64,000 nucleotides of DNA. It comes from an uncultured Clostridia bacterium (GTDB lineage: Bacteria; Bacillota; Clostridia; TANB77; CAG-508). Shown piece by piece: positions 46,543-59,200 of this stretch (within the stretch, counting starts at the first letter, position 1; every line of letters starts with the position of its first letter). A model generated the notes under the pieces. It did no database searches. It was not told the DNA's origin and saw only the letters and a list, made by a program, of their open reading frames with translations. A program made the translations under genes and the position numbers. The DNA lies in assembly GCA_944392175.1 (NCBI GenBank), contig CALXVT010000004.1, forward strand, positions 10,016 to 74,015, in the 5' to 3' direction.

Positions 46543-46989
46543 ATGAAAAATAATAAAATATGTTTACTAAGTAATTTTTTACAAAATAATTTAGAAATTA
46601 CTAAAGATATTTTTAGGAAAATATTAAATAAAGATATTGATGATATACAAATTAATGATTGTGATAATACCAAACAATTAGATGTACTAAATTTAAAAAT
46701 TAATAATAATGATAATATTTTAATATCAATTTGCAATAAAAAAGAAGCCACAGAATTTGCATACAAATTTTGGACATATTACTATTTGAAAAAAGTTAAT
46801 AAGAATGAAATAGATTTATTTGCAAAATTAAATATGGAAGCACATAGTTTAAAAAAACATCATGACATATTAAATATATCTGATGAAAATAAAAAAACAG
46901 AAATAAAGATACATTATGTGGAAGTGCCAGAGCTAGAAGAGGAAGGACTAATATCAAAAGACGATTTATTAGTTTTGTTAGAGGATTAA
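46543..46989 (+). CDS. short degenerate Rpn/PD-(D/E)XK-like protein
   Basis: F.KIL...I.DI, QLDV, FW..YY and IHYVEVP echo Rpn-family motifs; the IE(I/M)Q motif is missing. Confidence 0.45.
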   Translation: MKNNKICLLSNFLQNNLEITKDIFRKILNKDIDDIQINDCDNTKQLDVLNLKINNNDNILISICNKKEATEFAYKFWTYYYLKKVNKNEIDLFAKLNMEAHSLKKHHDILNISDENKKTEIKIHYVEVPELEEEGLISKDDLLVLLED

Positions 46990-48488
46990 AGTTTTAAATC
47001 CTCTTTACTAATAAAATTAAACATAAAAGAAAATAAAAAATAGAATACAGCAAATACTAATCCATCTAGTACTAGAAAAAATATAGAATAAGTTTCAAAT
47101 TTAAATATATTTGTTAGAATTATGGAAAATAAGAGTACTAAGATTGGTCTTAACAGCAATTTCTTATAGTCAAATCTGATTTTTACAGAATGTAATAAAA
47201 TAAAAATGCTTAAAGATGCATTTAGTATTTCACTTATAAAGAGTACAATTAAATATCCTATAATTCCATAAATGGGTAGTAAGATACAAATAAATATGAT
47301 ACTACTTATTAAATCTATAATATTTATAATCATAACGGCTACTTGTTTGTCTAAGCCTTTTAATATTCCATCAACAATATTATCCAAATACATGAAAATG
47401 ATAATAGGAGCTAAAATTTTAATATATTTTGATAATTCTATATTTTTATAAATTATTACACTTAAATTATCCGAAAAACAATAAAAAAATCCAACAACGA
47501 AAAATGAAAAAAACATTGTATATTTAAAAATTTTTTCTATAGATTTTTTTATTCTTATATTTTCATTTCTAACATTAAAACTAGAAAATTCAGGAATTAG
47601 TAATCCGCTAAAAGAATTTAAGAAAGTACTTGGGAATAATATTATTGGCATTACCATTCCATTAATTATTCCATATTGAGATAAAGAAGCAGAACAACTA
47701 AGGCCAAAGCTTTCTAATTTTAAAGGTACAAGGACTTGTTTTAATGTAGATAGGCCAGATCTAATGTATGATGTAAAAGAAATGGGCAAAGAAATCCTTA
47801 AAATATTCTTTACCGGAAAAGAAGTGTTATGTTTTACATATTTTTTGTTTTCAAATAAAAACAGTACAAAAGTACATATGCAAGTTAATGCTTCGGAAAG
47901 AGTACTTCCAAAAACTATAGCCAAACATGCAGAATTTATTGAAGGTGTAAATACATAATTAAGTAGATAAGTTACTACAAATATTCTGAAAAATTGTTCA
48001 ACGATTTGTAATAAAGATGATTTTATTACATGTCTAACTGCTGAAAAATAACCATTAATGCATGAGCAAATAGATACAAAAGGTAAGGCTAGTGCCATTA
48101 TACATATTGTTTTTGGTTCTATTTTGCTATGTAAAATATTAGATGCAATAAGAGAAGAAGATATACTTAATACCAAGAAAGATAGTAATCCAAAAATTAA
48201 GCTATAAAATAAACATTTTTTCATAGCTCCCTTTACATTGCCTAAAGAATCTTTTGCTAATTCTTCTGAAATTATTCTCATACATGTTAGATTGATTCCA
48301 GATAATGCTAAAGTTACTCCAAATGAATATACTGACATCAATAATTGGTATAATCCAACAGCTTCTTGCCCAATTCTATTTGAAATATAAACTCCAAAAG
48401 AAACACCTATAAATTGCAAGAAAATAGATGTAAATGTTAAAATAGTACCATTTATTATAAATACTTTTAATCTTCTCAAAAAAATCAC
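46986..48488 (-). CDS. spoVB: SpoVB-like polysaccharide/lipid II flippase (MOP superfamily)
   Basis: YISNRIG.E.VGLYQL..SVY, S...GYF.A, EQ..RI, MYLD..VDGILKGL..Q; about 14 TMs. Confidence 0.8.
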   Translation of the reverse strand: MIFLRRLKVFIINGTILTFTSIFLQFIGVSFGVYISNRIGQEAVGLYQLLMSVYSFGVTLALSGINLTCMRIISEELAKDSLGNVKGAMKKCLFYSLIFGLLSFLVLSISSSLIASNILHSKIEPKTICIMALALPFVSICSCINGYFSAVRHVIKSSLLQIVEQFFRIFVVTYLLNYVFTPSINSACLAIVFGSTLSEALTCICTFVLFLFENKKYVKHNTSFPVKNILRISLPISFTSYIRSGLSTLKQVLVPLKLESFGLSCSASLSQYGIINGMVMPIILFPSTFLNSFSGLLIPEFSSFNVRNENIRIKKSIEKIFKYTMFFSFFVVGFFYCFSDNLSVIIYKNIELSKYIKILAPIIIFMYLDNIVDGILKGLDKQVAVMIINIIDLISSIIFICILLPIYGIIGYLIVLFISEILNASLSIFILLHSVKIRFDYKKLLLRPILVLLFSIILTNIFKFETYSIFFLVLDGLVFAVFYFLFSFMFNFISKEDLKL

Positions 48489-48573
48489 CTATTCAAATAT
48501 ATTATGAATAGATGATTTTAATACTAGAAGTTATTTTCATTTCAAAAGAATTTAATTGTTTTTTTCCATATTC

Positions 48574-49404
48574 TTAGTTCTCTTTTTTTATAAATTGATA
48601 TGTTCCAGGGCTAGGAGAAAATTGTGTTGCAATATATCCGTCAAATAAAGAGTTATTTTGTTCTTCTGTAAGAATAGGTTTATTTATATAACAGATAAAT
48701 TCTTCGTCTTTATTATTTATGATGTGTATTTGAAAGCTCATAGTAAAAACTAGATCTTCTAAAGTTATATTTGCTTGTTTTAATATAGAGCCATCCAAAG
48801 CAACAGCAGAATTAGAATTAACTGAAACATTAGTTGCAATATTTTTATTAATATATCCTAAAGATATTGGATTTGAGCAATCTTGATAAAAAGAAGGATT
48901 ATTGTAAGAACTTTCTTTGTTATCTTTATTAGTAGAAATTATGTTAAAATCAATTCTGTTATTTTCTGGTGCTTCAATACCTTTGTATTTCGCAAAATAT
49001 AAAGGATTTTTATATCCTATAATTCTTTCTCCTTTATCAGAATTACTTGTTATTTTAATATTATCTATATAAAGCTGTTTAACCGTATTTTCATCTGTTA
49101 ATTCTTCCGAAGAATTGTGGTTATTTATATAAATTGCTATATCTGTATATTGGCCTATATCGATATCTTGTAAATTTTGATCTTTACTATTATCTGTTAC
49201 AAAAGCATTGCTATAAAATATGATGTTTTCGATTGTAAAGATAGGAGCAGAGTAATTTGAATAAGTTTTAATTGTTTCTTTTGCAAAAATATTATTACGT
49301 ACAGCTAAAGTAATATTTACAAAATAAATAGGTATCATAGCAACTATTAAAATAACTAATATCAAAATAATGATAAGGTCTTTTCGCATATGAATTTTTT
49401 TCAT
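48574..49404 (-). CDS. hypothetical membrane-anchored protein
   Basis: 276-aa ORF with GAGGAG SD and an N-terminal TM. Confidence 0.75.
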   Translation of the reverse strand: MKKIHMRKDLIIILILVILIVAMIPIYFVNITLAVRNNIFAKETIKTYSNYSAPIFTIENIIFYSNAFVTDNSKDQNLQDIDIGQYTDIAIYINNHNSSEELTDENTVKQLYIDNIKITSNSDKGERIIGYKNPLYFAKYKGIEAPENNRIDFNIISTNKDNKESSYNNPSFYQDCSNPISLGYINKNIATNVSVNSNSAVALDGSILKQANITLEDLVFTMSFQIHIINNKDEEFICYINKPILTEEQNNSLFDGYIATQFSPSPGTYQFIKKEN

Positions 49405-49496
49405 TTGAATCTCCTCACTAGGGAAATAAGGATGTTTTATTTTTCCCTGATTTATAAAATTTTATTAAAAAGGGATTTTAGGATGTACCAAAATCC

Positions 49497-50930
49497 CTAT
49501 AGTTTATCATAGAAATATGTCATGTAAGAAAATACTTTTGTACACCAGTTTGGATCTGTAGAATATTTGTTATTAATTCCCGTTAATGTAGGACTAGTGT
49601 AGAATGTTCCTGTTGCAGTTTCACCATCTGCAATTGAAGTTCCTTTTGGATTTAAATATGTTTTTGCTAACATTTTTGCTACAAAATCTATGCTTTCTGC
49701 ATAGGTATCATATGTGTATGCTGAATTATATGCATCATTATCATATGCTCCATATCCAAATAAATTCTTTTTATCCTGAGCAATTGCTGATGTTCCCCAT
49801 CCGCTTTCATGGATTGCCATAGCAACAAGAAGTAATCCGTTTACATTGTATTTTTGCTCTGCATTATAAAATGCTTCTGCATTGTCTTGAATAATTTTAT
49901 ATTTATCTTTAGATTCACCAGATAATATTCGTTTATAGTCTGATAAAGATAATCCACTCTTTACATTTAATTGCATATTAAAGTTTAATCTAGATACAAT
50001 TCTTTGTACTTTATTTTGTGAAACAATATCAGGTGTTGCAGATTCAGATGTAAGAGATGATGCAAGTACATATCCTTCTTGGCCATCAAATGAAATTTTA
50101 CACCATTTACCAATTACTTCTAATAAAGTAACATCCATATATCTTGTTATTTTACATATTTCACTTCCATTGCTCATAGAATCCATTAATGAAGTTGTTG
50201 CAATAATATACATAGTGTCTCCTATATGTACATTATAATTTACTAAGAAATCAGAAGTTCCAACTTCTATTATTTCTTCTACAGGAGCTTTTAAAATATT
50301 TATACTTGAAGTAGATTCATCTATTAAATCTTCACCTTCATAAGTTCTTACAATATTTACTCTTTCTAATCCAGGAACACCTTGTTGGATTACATTTTTT
50401 TCATCTTTTGGAAGAGCATTATTTTCTATAAATTTTGTAGAATATGGAATTTCCTTATCACGGAAAGTATTTTCCTTGGTTTTTATTGTTTCAGTGTTAG
50501 TTAGTAATATTTGACTGATATTAAATGGTGTTGAATTTTTTTCGTATTTAGCAAATTCGCCATATGGATTTTCGAGTTTATTACTATTAACAATATATAT
50601 AATTATACCCACAATTAGTCCAATAATAACTATAAAATATATAGAAGTAACTATTACGAATTGTTTAAATTTCTTTTTATTACTTCTTAATATTTTAAAT
50701 TTATTTTTTATTTTAACAAAATGCTCTTTTTTAGGCTTCTTTTGCTTTGGAGTTTTAACGGGTTTAATTTTTTGATAATTATTTTTCTTCTTTTTGGGAT
50801 TATTTTTTGTAGGTTTATTAATATTATTATTCACTGTGTTTGAAGTAGAATTACGAGATTGCTGTAATTCTTTAAAAACTTCAGATAAGTTTCTTTCATT
50901 ATTATTCCCATCTTTTGTGTTATTTTGCAT
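49497..50930 (-). CDS. cell-wall hydrolase: TM, G5, SH3 and GH73 glucosaminidase domains
   Basis: IQQGVPG...PVEEIIEVGT (G5), KWCKISFDGQEGYV (SH3), AIHESGWGTS...NLFG and YSTDPNW (GH73). Confidence 0.85.
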   Translation of the reverse strand: MQNNTKDGNNNERNLSEVFKELQQSRNSTSNTVNNNINKPTKNNPKKKKNNYQKIKPVKTPKQKKPKKEHFVKIKNKFKILRSNKKKFKQFVIVTSIYFIVIIGLIVGIIIYIVNSNKLENPYGEFAKYEKNSTPFNISQILLTNTETIKTKENTFRDKEIPYSTKFIENNALPKDEKNVIQQGVPGLERVNIVRTYEGEDLIDESTSSINILKAPVEEIIEVGTSDFLVNYNVHIGDTMYIIATTSLMDSMSNGSEICKITRYMDVTLLEVIGKWCKISFDGQEGYVLASSLTSESATPDIVSQNKVQRIVSRLNFNMQLNVKSGLSLSDYKRILSGESKDKYKIIQDNAEAFYNAEQKYNVNGLLLVAMAIHESGWGTSAIAQDKKNLFGYGAYDNDAYNSAYTYDTYAESIDFVAKMLAKTYLNPKGTSIADGETATGTFYTSPTLTGINNKYSTDPNWCTKVFSYMTYFYDKL

Positions 50931-51032
50931 ATTACCACCTTAATTTAAAAATTTGCTTGACGTTAAATCATTTTAAGTATAACATAATAATAACAAAAAA
51001 ACTATCAAAAGAAAATAAAATGGAGGATACTA

Positions 51033-51965
51033 ATGAAAAAAGTTTTTATAAAATTTTTAATAGTGCTTATTACCGTAGTATTATTAGGAATGCAAAATGT
51101 TTATGCAGATAATATTATTACACCAGATAATGTAGAAGAAAATTTAGAAAGTAATATAATTACAACACAAAATAATTTAGAAAAAGCGTTAGAAGATAAT
51201 ATAATTACAAAGGATAATTTAAAAAATGCTTTAAAGGAATATATTTGTAATGGTAAGACGGTTTCTGTTACTATAGATAATCAAACAATAACTGTAGGAA
51301 CAACAGAAAAATTACCAGAAGAACAATTACAAGTTACAGAAGATACTATAACGGTAATGCTAAAATCAGAGCAAAGTGGATTAGATACAGATTTAAGTTT
51401 TGTATACAATTATACTATAGAAAATAATCAAATAGCATTTTCTTCAGTTTTACAAAGTACGGATCAAACAATGTTGGCAGAAGAATTTGTAATAAGTACA
51501 TCTTTTTTGCCAATGTTATATTTATCTGTAACAGATTGCTATGGAATTGACAGTGAAAAAGCATTATACTATTTTATAACAGAAGGATCACTTACATCAG
51601 AGGAAAATCAAACAGAAGCGACAGTAAACACAGAAGTATATTCATTTAGATTAACAAGCTCTACAATTAATTTAACAGTTAACTTAGATAAATTATCAAT
51701 AATTGAAACAATAAATCCTTCAGATAATAATCAAAATAGTAGTAATAATGAAAACAATAATAGTGGAAGTAATAATTCAAATAATAATGAAGACGACAGA
51801 GGAACTACAACTAATAGAGGAGATGTAGATAGAAAAGATAATACAGAAGCAGAAGGTAAATTGCCTTATACGGGAACACATATTGGAATAGCGGTGATAG
51901 CAATTGTTTCAATAATGTTAATAGTCGGAATTATTAATAAGAGGAAATATAAAGATATAAAATAA
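51033..51965 (+). CDS. LPXTG-anchored surface protein
   Basis: Signal peptide, Asn/Ser-rich linker, LPYTG followed by TM and a basic tail. Confidence 0.85.
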   Translation: MKKVFIKFLIVLITVVLLGMQNVYADNIITPDNVEENLESNIITTQNNLEKALEDNIITKDNLKNALKEYICNGKTVSVTIDNQTITVGTTEKLPEEQLQVTEDTITVMLKSEQSGLDTDLSFVYNYTIENNQIAFSSVLQSTDQTMLAEEFVISTSFLPMLYLSVTDCYGIDSEKALYYFITEGSLTSEENQTEATVNTEVYSFRLTSSTINLTVNLDKLSIIETINPSDNNQNSSNNENNNSGSNNSNNNEDDRGTTTNRGDVDRKDNTEAEGKLPYTGTHIGIAVIAIVSIMLIVGIINKRKYKDIK

Positions 51966-51970
51966 GTATG

Positions 51971-52004
51971 AAAAAGATGCTAAAATTGAATTAGCATCTT
52001 TTTT
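51971..52004 (+). terminator. intrinsic terminator
   Basis: AAAAAGATGCTAA...TTAGCATCTTTTTT. Confidence 0.8.
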
Positions 52005-52081
52005 GTGGCATGTATTTCGTTTGATAATTTCATTTAATACTACGGAGAGTGAAAAAAATAGGAAAAGTTATCCCAAAATTA

Positions 52082-52111
52082 TTGACAAATATTACATAAA
52101 TATGCTATGAT
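52082..52111 (+). promoter_or_regulatory. sigma-A promoter of rpoBC
   Basis: TTGACA-N18-TATGAT with an extended-10 TG. Confidence 0.65.
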
Positions 52112-52434
52112 ACGTGTGGTAATTTAAACGCAAAAGGTGATTAAAATAATAAATACTATATATATAAAGTAGTAATTAAAGACAAGGTAGGTTGGCAAAA
52201 GATAAAAAATTCTAATAGAAAAAGAAAGTTGCCAGCATGCCTTTTTGTTGCCTAAAAACGCCAGATTATATTAAGTTGAAAAGAGGAATTGATTTAAGCC
52301 CAAATGCTAGGGAAATAAGTTTTAAGCAGGAATTTAAAGTAGCTTGCAAACTAAGCTTAAAGCCAAGAAGGACTTTTCAATATTCATATATATTTTTTTC
52401 AAACTGCTTACATTTTATTTTAGAGGTGATTTAA

Positions 52435-55400
52435 TTGTTAAAAGAAATTAAGCATGAGAAAAGCTCAAGAAAAGACTTTGCAAAAGTTGGCGATTACATC
52501 GATATGCCTAATTTAATCAAAGTGCAAAGAGATTCTTATGAGTGGTTTGTCGAAGAAGGATTGGGAGAAGTTTTAAGAGATATTTCACCAATCATTGACT
52601 ATTCAGGAAATTTAGTTCTAGAATTTTTCGATTATTACATGGAAGACAAAACAAAATATTCTTTAGAAGAAGCTAAAGAAAGAGATGCAACTTATTCTAC
52701 ACGTTTACACGTAAAAGTAAGATTAATAAATCGTGAAACAGGAGAAATAAAAGAGCAAGAAATTTATTTAGGTGATTTCCCATTAATGACAGATAGTGGA
52801 ACATTTATAATAAATGGTGCAGAAAGAGTTGTAGTTAGCCAATTAGTACGTTCACCAGGATGTTACTATGAATTTTCATATGATAAAACAGGTAAAAGAC
52901 TATATACATCAACAGTAATGCCAATTAGAGGTGCTTGGATTGAATATGAAACAGATAGTAATGATGTATTTTATGCACGTGTAGATAGAACTAGAAAAAT
53001 TCCTGTAACAACACTATTAAGAGCTTTAGGTCTTGCAACAGATGACCAAATACTTGACTTCTTTGGAAATGAAGAAAAATTAAAAGTAACATTAGAAAAA
53101 GATCCAATAAAAACACAAGATGAAGCATTAATAGAAATATATAAGAAATTAAGACCAGGAGAACTTCCAACAGTAGATGCAGCAAGAAATCTATTTAACG
53201 GATTATTCTTTGATGCAAGAAGATATGATTTAGCAAAAGTAGGAAGATATAAATATAATAAAAAACTAAGTTTAGCTACAAGAATTGCTGGAAAGATAGC
53301 AGCAACAGACATTGTAAATCCAGAAACTGGAGAAGTATTTGTAGAAAAAGATGAAGTTATTTCAAAAGAAGTAGCAGAAGATATTCAAAATTCTGGAATA
53401 AATGTAGTAGAAGTAAAAGTAGATGATAAACCAGTAAAAGTAATAGGTAATGGAACAGTAAATATTCATAACTTTGTTACTAATGTAGATATTTCAGATT
53501 TACATTTTAAAGAAATGGTTAATTATGAAGTATTAAAAAATATATTAGATAATACAGAGGAAAAAGATTTACATGATGCAATTAAAGCAAGATATGATGA
53601 ATTAGTTCCAAAACATGTTACAACAGAAGATATTTTAGCATCAGTTAACTATTTATTAAACTTAGACCATAAATTAGGAGAAATTGATGATATTGATCAT
53701 TTAGGAAACAGACGTATTCGTTGTGTTGGTGAATTATTACAAAACCAATTTAGAATTGGTTTAACAAGACTTGAAAGAGTTGTTCGTGAAAGAATGACAA
53801 TTCAAGACTTAGATGTTGTAACACCACAAACATTAATTAATACAAAACCAATAACATCAGCAATAAGAGAATTCTTCGGTAGTTCACAATTATCACAATT
53901 CATGGATCAAACAAATCCATTATCAGAACTTACACATAAAAGAAGAATTTCTGCATTAGGACCAGGAGGACTTTCTAGAGAAAGAGCAGGTTTCGAAGTT
54001 CGTGATATTCACTATACACATTATGGAAGACTATGCCCAATAGAATCTCCAGAAGGACCAAACATAGGATTAATTTCAGCACTTTCTTCATTTGCTCAAA
54101 TTAATGAATATGGATTTATCGAAACACCATATAGATTAGTAGATCCAGAAACTCATAGAGTTACAGATAAAGTAGAATATATGAGTGCAGATGTAGAAGA
54201 TGGAAACTATATAGCAGAAGCAGAAGAACCATTAAACGAAGATGGATCATTTGTAAATAAACGTGTAAAAGTTAGATATAGAAACGATATTATAGAAGTA
54301 GACAATACAATGGTAACAGGAATGGATGTATCACCTAAACAATTAGTTTCAATTGGTGCAGCCATGATACCATTCTTAGAGCATGATGATGCAAAACGTG
54401 CTTTAATGGGTGCAAACATGCAACGTCAAGCAGTTCCATTAATAATGCCAGAAGCTCCAATAGTAGGAACAGGTATGGAATATAGAGCAGCAAAAGATTC
54501 AGGAATACTTATTTTGGCAGAAGACGATGGTGTTATAGAAAAAGTTACAGGAGACGCAATCACTGTTAAATATAATAATGGAACAACTAAAACACATAAA
54601 TTAAACAAATTTAAAAGAACAAATGGTGGAACTTGTATTAACCAAAGACCTATTGTTGTAAAAGGTGAAAAGGTTAAGAAAGGTGATGCAATAGCAGATG
54701 GACCAGCAACTAAAAATGGAGAAATGTCACTTGGTAGAAATGTATTAGTAGCATTCTCTACATGGGAAGGATACAACTATGAAGATGCTATTCTTTTAAA
54801 TGAAAGATTAGTAAAAGAAGATGTATTTACTTCAATTCATATAGAAGAATATGACTGCGAATGTCGTGATACAAAATTAGGACCAGAAGAAATTACAAGA
54901 GACATTCCAAATGTTGGTGAAGACAGCTTAAAAGACTTAGACGAAAATGGTATTATAAGAATTGGTGCAGAAGTAAGACCAGGAGATATATTAGTTGGAA
55001 AAGTTACACCAAAAGGTGAAACAGAACTAACAGCAGAAGAAAGATTACTTCGTGCAATCTTTGGAGAAAAAGCTCGTGAAGTAAGAGATACATCTCTTAA
55101 AGTACCACATGGAGAAGCTGGAACAATAGTAGATGTAAAAATATTTACAAGGGATAATTCAGATGAATTAGGACCTGGTGTAAATCAAATTATAAGATGT
55201 TATATAGCAACAAAAAGAAAAATATCAGTTGGAGATAAAATGGCTGGACGTCATGGTAATAAAGGTACAATTTCTAGAATATTACCAGAAGAAGATATGC
55301 CATTTATGCCAGATGGTACACCAGTAGATATTTTACTTAATCCATTAGGTGTTCCTTCTCGTATGAACTTAGGTCAAGTTTTAGAAGTACATTTAGGTTT

Positions 55401-56166
55401 AGCTGCAAAAGAATTAGGATGGAATGTTGCAACACCAGTTTTTGATGGTGCAACATCAGAAGAAATAGAAGAATTATTAATTAAATCTGGAAATACTCCA
55501 GATGGAAAAACAATTCTTTATGATGGAAGAACAGGAGATCCATTTGCAGAACCAATTACAGTAGGAGTTATGTATATGCTTAAATTACACCACTTAGTAG
55601 ATGACAAAATACATGCTCGTTCAACTGGACCATACTCATTAGTTACACAACAACCACTTGGAGGTAAAGCTCAATTTGGTGGACAACGTTTTGGAGAAAT
55701 GGAAGTTTGGGCACTAGAGGCATATGGTGCAGCTCATACGCTACAAGAAATGTTAACAGTTAAATCAGACGATGTTGTAGGAAGAGTTAAAACATATGAA
55801 GCAATAGTTAAAGGAGAAAATATTCCTGAACCAGGTGTTCCAGAAACATTTAAGGTATTAATAAAAGAACTTCAATCACTAGGATTAGATATGAGGTTAT
55901 ATACTAAAGACAATAAAGAAGTAGAACTTAAAGAAGATATAGATGACGGTATAGACTATAACGAAGCAAAACAAAAAGAAGAACAAGTATTAAATGAAAA
56001 TGAATTAGAAAATTCTTATATAGAAGCAGAAGAAGATAATGATGAAAATCCTGTAGAATTAAATGAAGATAATGACAGTATTTTCGAAGAAGATGGAATT
56101 CTAGATGATGAAGACATATATGGAAATGACTTATCAGAAGACAATCTTGATGAAGATAAGAATTAG
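52435..56166 (+). CDS. rpoB: RNA polymerase beta subunit
   Basis: [48 protein letters not shown]; TTG start with GAGGTG SD. Confidence 0.99.
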   Translation: MLKEIKHEKSSRKDFAKVGDYIDMPNLIKVQRDSYEWFVEEGLGEVLRDISPIIDYSGNLVLEFFDYYMEDKTKYSLEEAKERDATYSTRLHVKVRLINRETGEIKEQEIYLGDFPLMTDSGTFIINGAERVVVSQLVRSPGCYYEFSYDKTGKRLYTSTVMPIRGAWIEYETDSNDVFYARVDRTRKIPVTTLLRALGLATDDQILDFFGNEEKLKVTLEKDPIKTQDEALIEIYKKLRPGELPTVDAARNLFNGLFFDARRYDLAKVGRYKYNKKLSLATRIAGKIAATDIVNPETGEVFVEKDEVISKEVAEDIQNSGINVVEVKVDDKPVKVIGNGTVNIHNFVTNVDISDLHFKEMVNYEVLKNILDNTEEKDLHDAIKARYDELVPKHVTTEDILASVNYLLNLDHKLGEIDDIDHLGNRRIRCVGELLQNQFRIGLTRLERVVRERMTIQDLDVVTPQTLINTKPITSAIREFFGSSQLSQFMDQTNPLSELTHKRRISALGPGGLSRERAGFEVRDIHYTHYGRLCPIESPEGPNIGLISALSSFAQINEYGFIETPYRLVDPETHRVTDKVEYMSADVEDGNYIAEAEEPLNEDGSFVNKRVKVRYRNDIIEVDNTMVTGMDVSPKQLVSIGAAMIPFLEHDDAKRALMGANMQRQAVPLIMPEAPIVGTGMEYRAAKDSGILILAEDDGVIEKVTGDAITVKYNNGTTKTHKLNKFKRTNGGTCINQRPIVVKGEKVKKGDAIADGPATKNGEMSLGRNVLVAFSTWEGYNYEDAILLNERLVKEDVFTSIHIEEYDCECRDTKLGPEEITRDIPNVGEDSLKDLDENGIIRIGAEVRPGDILVGKVTPKGETELTAEERLLRAIFGEKAREVRDTSLKVPHGEAGTIVDVKIFTRDNSDELGPGVNQIIRCYIATKRKISVGDKMAGRHGNKGTISRILPEEDMPFMPDGTPVDILLNPLGVPSRMNLGQVLEVHLGLAAKELGWNVATPVFDGATSEEIEELLIKSGNTPDGKTILYDGRTGDPFAEPITVGVMYMLKLHHLVDDKIHARSTGPYSLVTQQPLGGKAQFGGQRFGEMEVWALEAYGAAHTLQEMLTVKSDDVVGRVKTYEAIVKGENIPEPGVPETFKVLIKELQSLGLDMRLYTKDNKEVELKEDIDDGIDYNEAKQKEEQVLNENELENSYIEAEEDNDENPVELNEDNDSIFEEDGILDDEDIYGNDLSEDNLDEDKN

Positions 56167-56253
56167 ACATAAATTATTGCAGAAAAACTTATACTTAAGG
56201 TGTTTTGCACTTTAAGTATAAGTACCTAAAAAAATAAATCAAGGGGGCAAAAT

Positions 56254-59200
56254 ATGGACGAATTAGAAGTCTTTGATAAAATAAAAATTGGTTTAGCTTC
56301 TGATGAAAAAATAAGAGAATGGTCAAAAGGTGAAGTTAAAAAACCAGAAACTATAAACTACAGAACACTAAAACCAGAAAAAGATGGTTTGTTCTGCGAA
56401 AGAATATTTGGACCAGTAAAAGACTGGGAATGCCATTGTGGTAAATATAAAAGAGTTAGATATAAAGGAATAGTTTGTGATAGATGTGGTGTAGAAGTAA
56501 CAAAATCTAAAGTAAGAAGAGAAAGAATGGGACATATCGAGCTTGCAGCACCAATTGCACATATTTGGTTCTTTAAAGGAATACCAAGTAGAATTGCTTT
56601 AATGTTAGATGTTTCTCCTCGAAATCTAGAAAGAGTTATTTATTTTGCATCATATATCGTAACAGATAAAGGAACATCTGGATTAATGGAAGCTCAAGTT
56701 TTAAATGAAAGAGAATACCATGAAGCAGAAGAAAAATATGGTAAAGGTTCATTTAAAGCAGAAATGGGTGCAGGAGCATTAAGAAAACTATTAGAAAAAA
56801 TAGATTTAGAGAAATTATCTGCAAAACTTAAAAAAGAAATATCTAAAGCAAGTGAACAAAAGAAAGTTAAACTTGTAAAAAGATTAGATACAGTAGAAGC
56901 ATTTAGACTATCTGGAAATAGACCAGAATGGATGGTAATGAATGTTATACCTGTTATTCCACCAGATTTAAGACCTATGGTTCAATTAGATGGTGGTAGA
57001 TTTGCAACATCAGATTTAAATGATTTATATAGAAGAGTTATAAACAGAAATAACAGATTAAAAAGATTATTAGAATTAGGTGCACCAGAAATAATTGTAA
57101 GAAACGAAAAGAGAATGTTACAAGAATCTGTAGATGCATTAATAGATAATGGTAGACGTGGAAGACCTGTTACAGGAGCTGGAAACAGACCATTAAAATC
57201 ATTATCAGATTTATTAAAAGGAAAACAAGGAAGATTCCGTCAAAACTTATTAGGAAAAAGAGTTGACTACTCTGGTCGTTCAGTTATAGTTGTAGGACCA
57301 GAACTTAAAATATATCAATGTGGTCTTCCAAAAGAAATGGCAGTAGAATTATTCAAACCATTTGTTATGAAAGAATTAGTTTCTAGAGGAATTGCACATA
57401 ATATTAAAAATGCAAAAAGAATGGTAGAAAAATTAAGCCCAGAAGTATGGGAAATACTAGAAGATGTTATTAAAGATCATCCAGTTATGCTTAACCGTGC
57501 GCCTACACTACATAGACTTGGTATTCAAGCATTTGAACCAGTTTTAGTAGAAGGTAGAGCAATCAAACTACATCCATTAGTTTGTACACCATTCAATGCT
57601 GACTTCGACGGTGACCAAATGGCTATTCACTTACCATTATCACCAGAAGCACAAGCAGAAGCAAGATTCTTAATGTTATCTGTAAATAACTTATTAAAAC
57701 CACAAGATGGTAAACCAGTTACAGTACCAACACTAGATATGGTTCTTGGAAGTTATTACCTAACAATGGCCTTAGATGGCGAAAAAGGTGAAGGTATGTA
57801 CTTTAAAGATAAAGATGAAGCTATAATGGCTTATGAAAATCATGATGTTGGAATACATGCTAAAGTATATGTAAGATTTAGCAAAGAAATTGATGGAGAA
57901 ATAAAAACTAAAAAAGTACAAACAACAGTTGGTAGAATTATATATAATGAAGGAATACCACAAGATTTAGGATATGTAGATAGAAGTAATCCAGAAAATG
58001 CATTTGAATTAGAAATTAATTTCCCAGTTATAAAGAAAAACTTAGGAGATATAGTAAAAAGATGTATTGATAAACATGGTTTAACAGAATCTGCAGAAGT
58101 ATTAGATTATATTAAAGCCATAGGATTTAAATATTCTACACTTGCAGGTGTTACATTCTCTGCAGCAGATGTTAAAGTGCCAGCAGCTAAAAAAGATATT
58201 TTAGCAAATGCGGAAAACCAAGTTGAAGAAATTAGAAAGAAATATAAACGTGGTTTGATAACAGACGAGGAAAGATATAATGCAGTTATCAATGTTTGGG
58301 ATAAGGCAACAAATGAAGTTACAGAAGCAATGAAAGAAAACTTTGATGACTTAAATCCTATCTATATGATGGTTCAATCTGGAGCCCGTGGTAATATGAA
58401 CCAATTAAGACAAATAGCAGGTATGAGAGGTCTTATGGCAAGTACTACTGGTAGAGCAGTTGAAATTCCAATTAAATCATCATTTGCTGAAGGACTTGAT
58501 GCATTGGAATACTTTATTTCAGCACATGGTGCTAGAAAAGGACTTTCTGATACAGCTTTAAGAACAGCTGACTCAGGATACTTAACAAGAAGATTAGTTG
58601 ATGTTTCACAAGATATTATCGTAAGAGAAGAAGATTGTGGAAGTCATGATGGAATAGTATTATGTGATATTAAAGAAGGAAATCAAATAATAGAAACTTT
58701 AAGAGAAAGACTATTAGGAAGATTTGTTATAGAAGATCTTAAAGATCCAAAAACTGGAGAAATCTTAGTAGATACAAATACTATGATAACAGATGAAATA
58801 GCAGATAAAATAGTTGCAGCAGGAGTAGAAAAGGTTAAAGTTCGTTCTGTACTAGGATGTAGATCAAAACAAGGTGTATGTCGTAAATGTTATGGAATGG
58901 GATTAGCTAGAAAAGAATTAGTAAATATCGGTGAAGCTGTTGGTGTTATTGCAGCACAATCAATTGGTGAGCCTGGTACACAGCTTACAATGAGAACTAT
59001 CCACTCTGGTGGTGTTGCTGGTGTTGCAGATATCACACAAGGTCTTCCTAGAGTTGAAGAACTATTTGAAGCTAGAAAACCAAAGGGACTTGCAATTATG
59101 GCAGAAATCTCTGGTAAAGTTAAAGTAGTAGAAGATAAGAAAAAGAAAGAAGTTGTTATTACTTCTAAAGACAATTCTAAAACATATACAATACCATTTG

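Noticed and set aside
52041-52050. Minus-strand ACTCTCCGTA resembling the adhesin motif
   Set aside because: Imperfect spacing, no TAAAA or AAA elements in register, and it points at no gene start.
52237-52434. 65-aa leader ORF in frame with rpoB
   Set aside because: No SD; it ends at the stop just before the rpoB TTG and overlaps predicted RNA stems, so it is more likely incidental.
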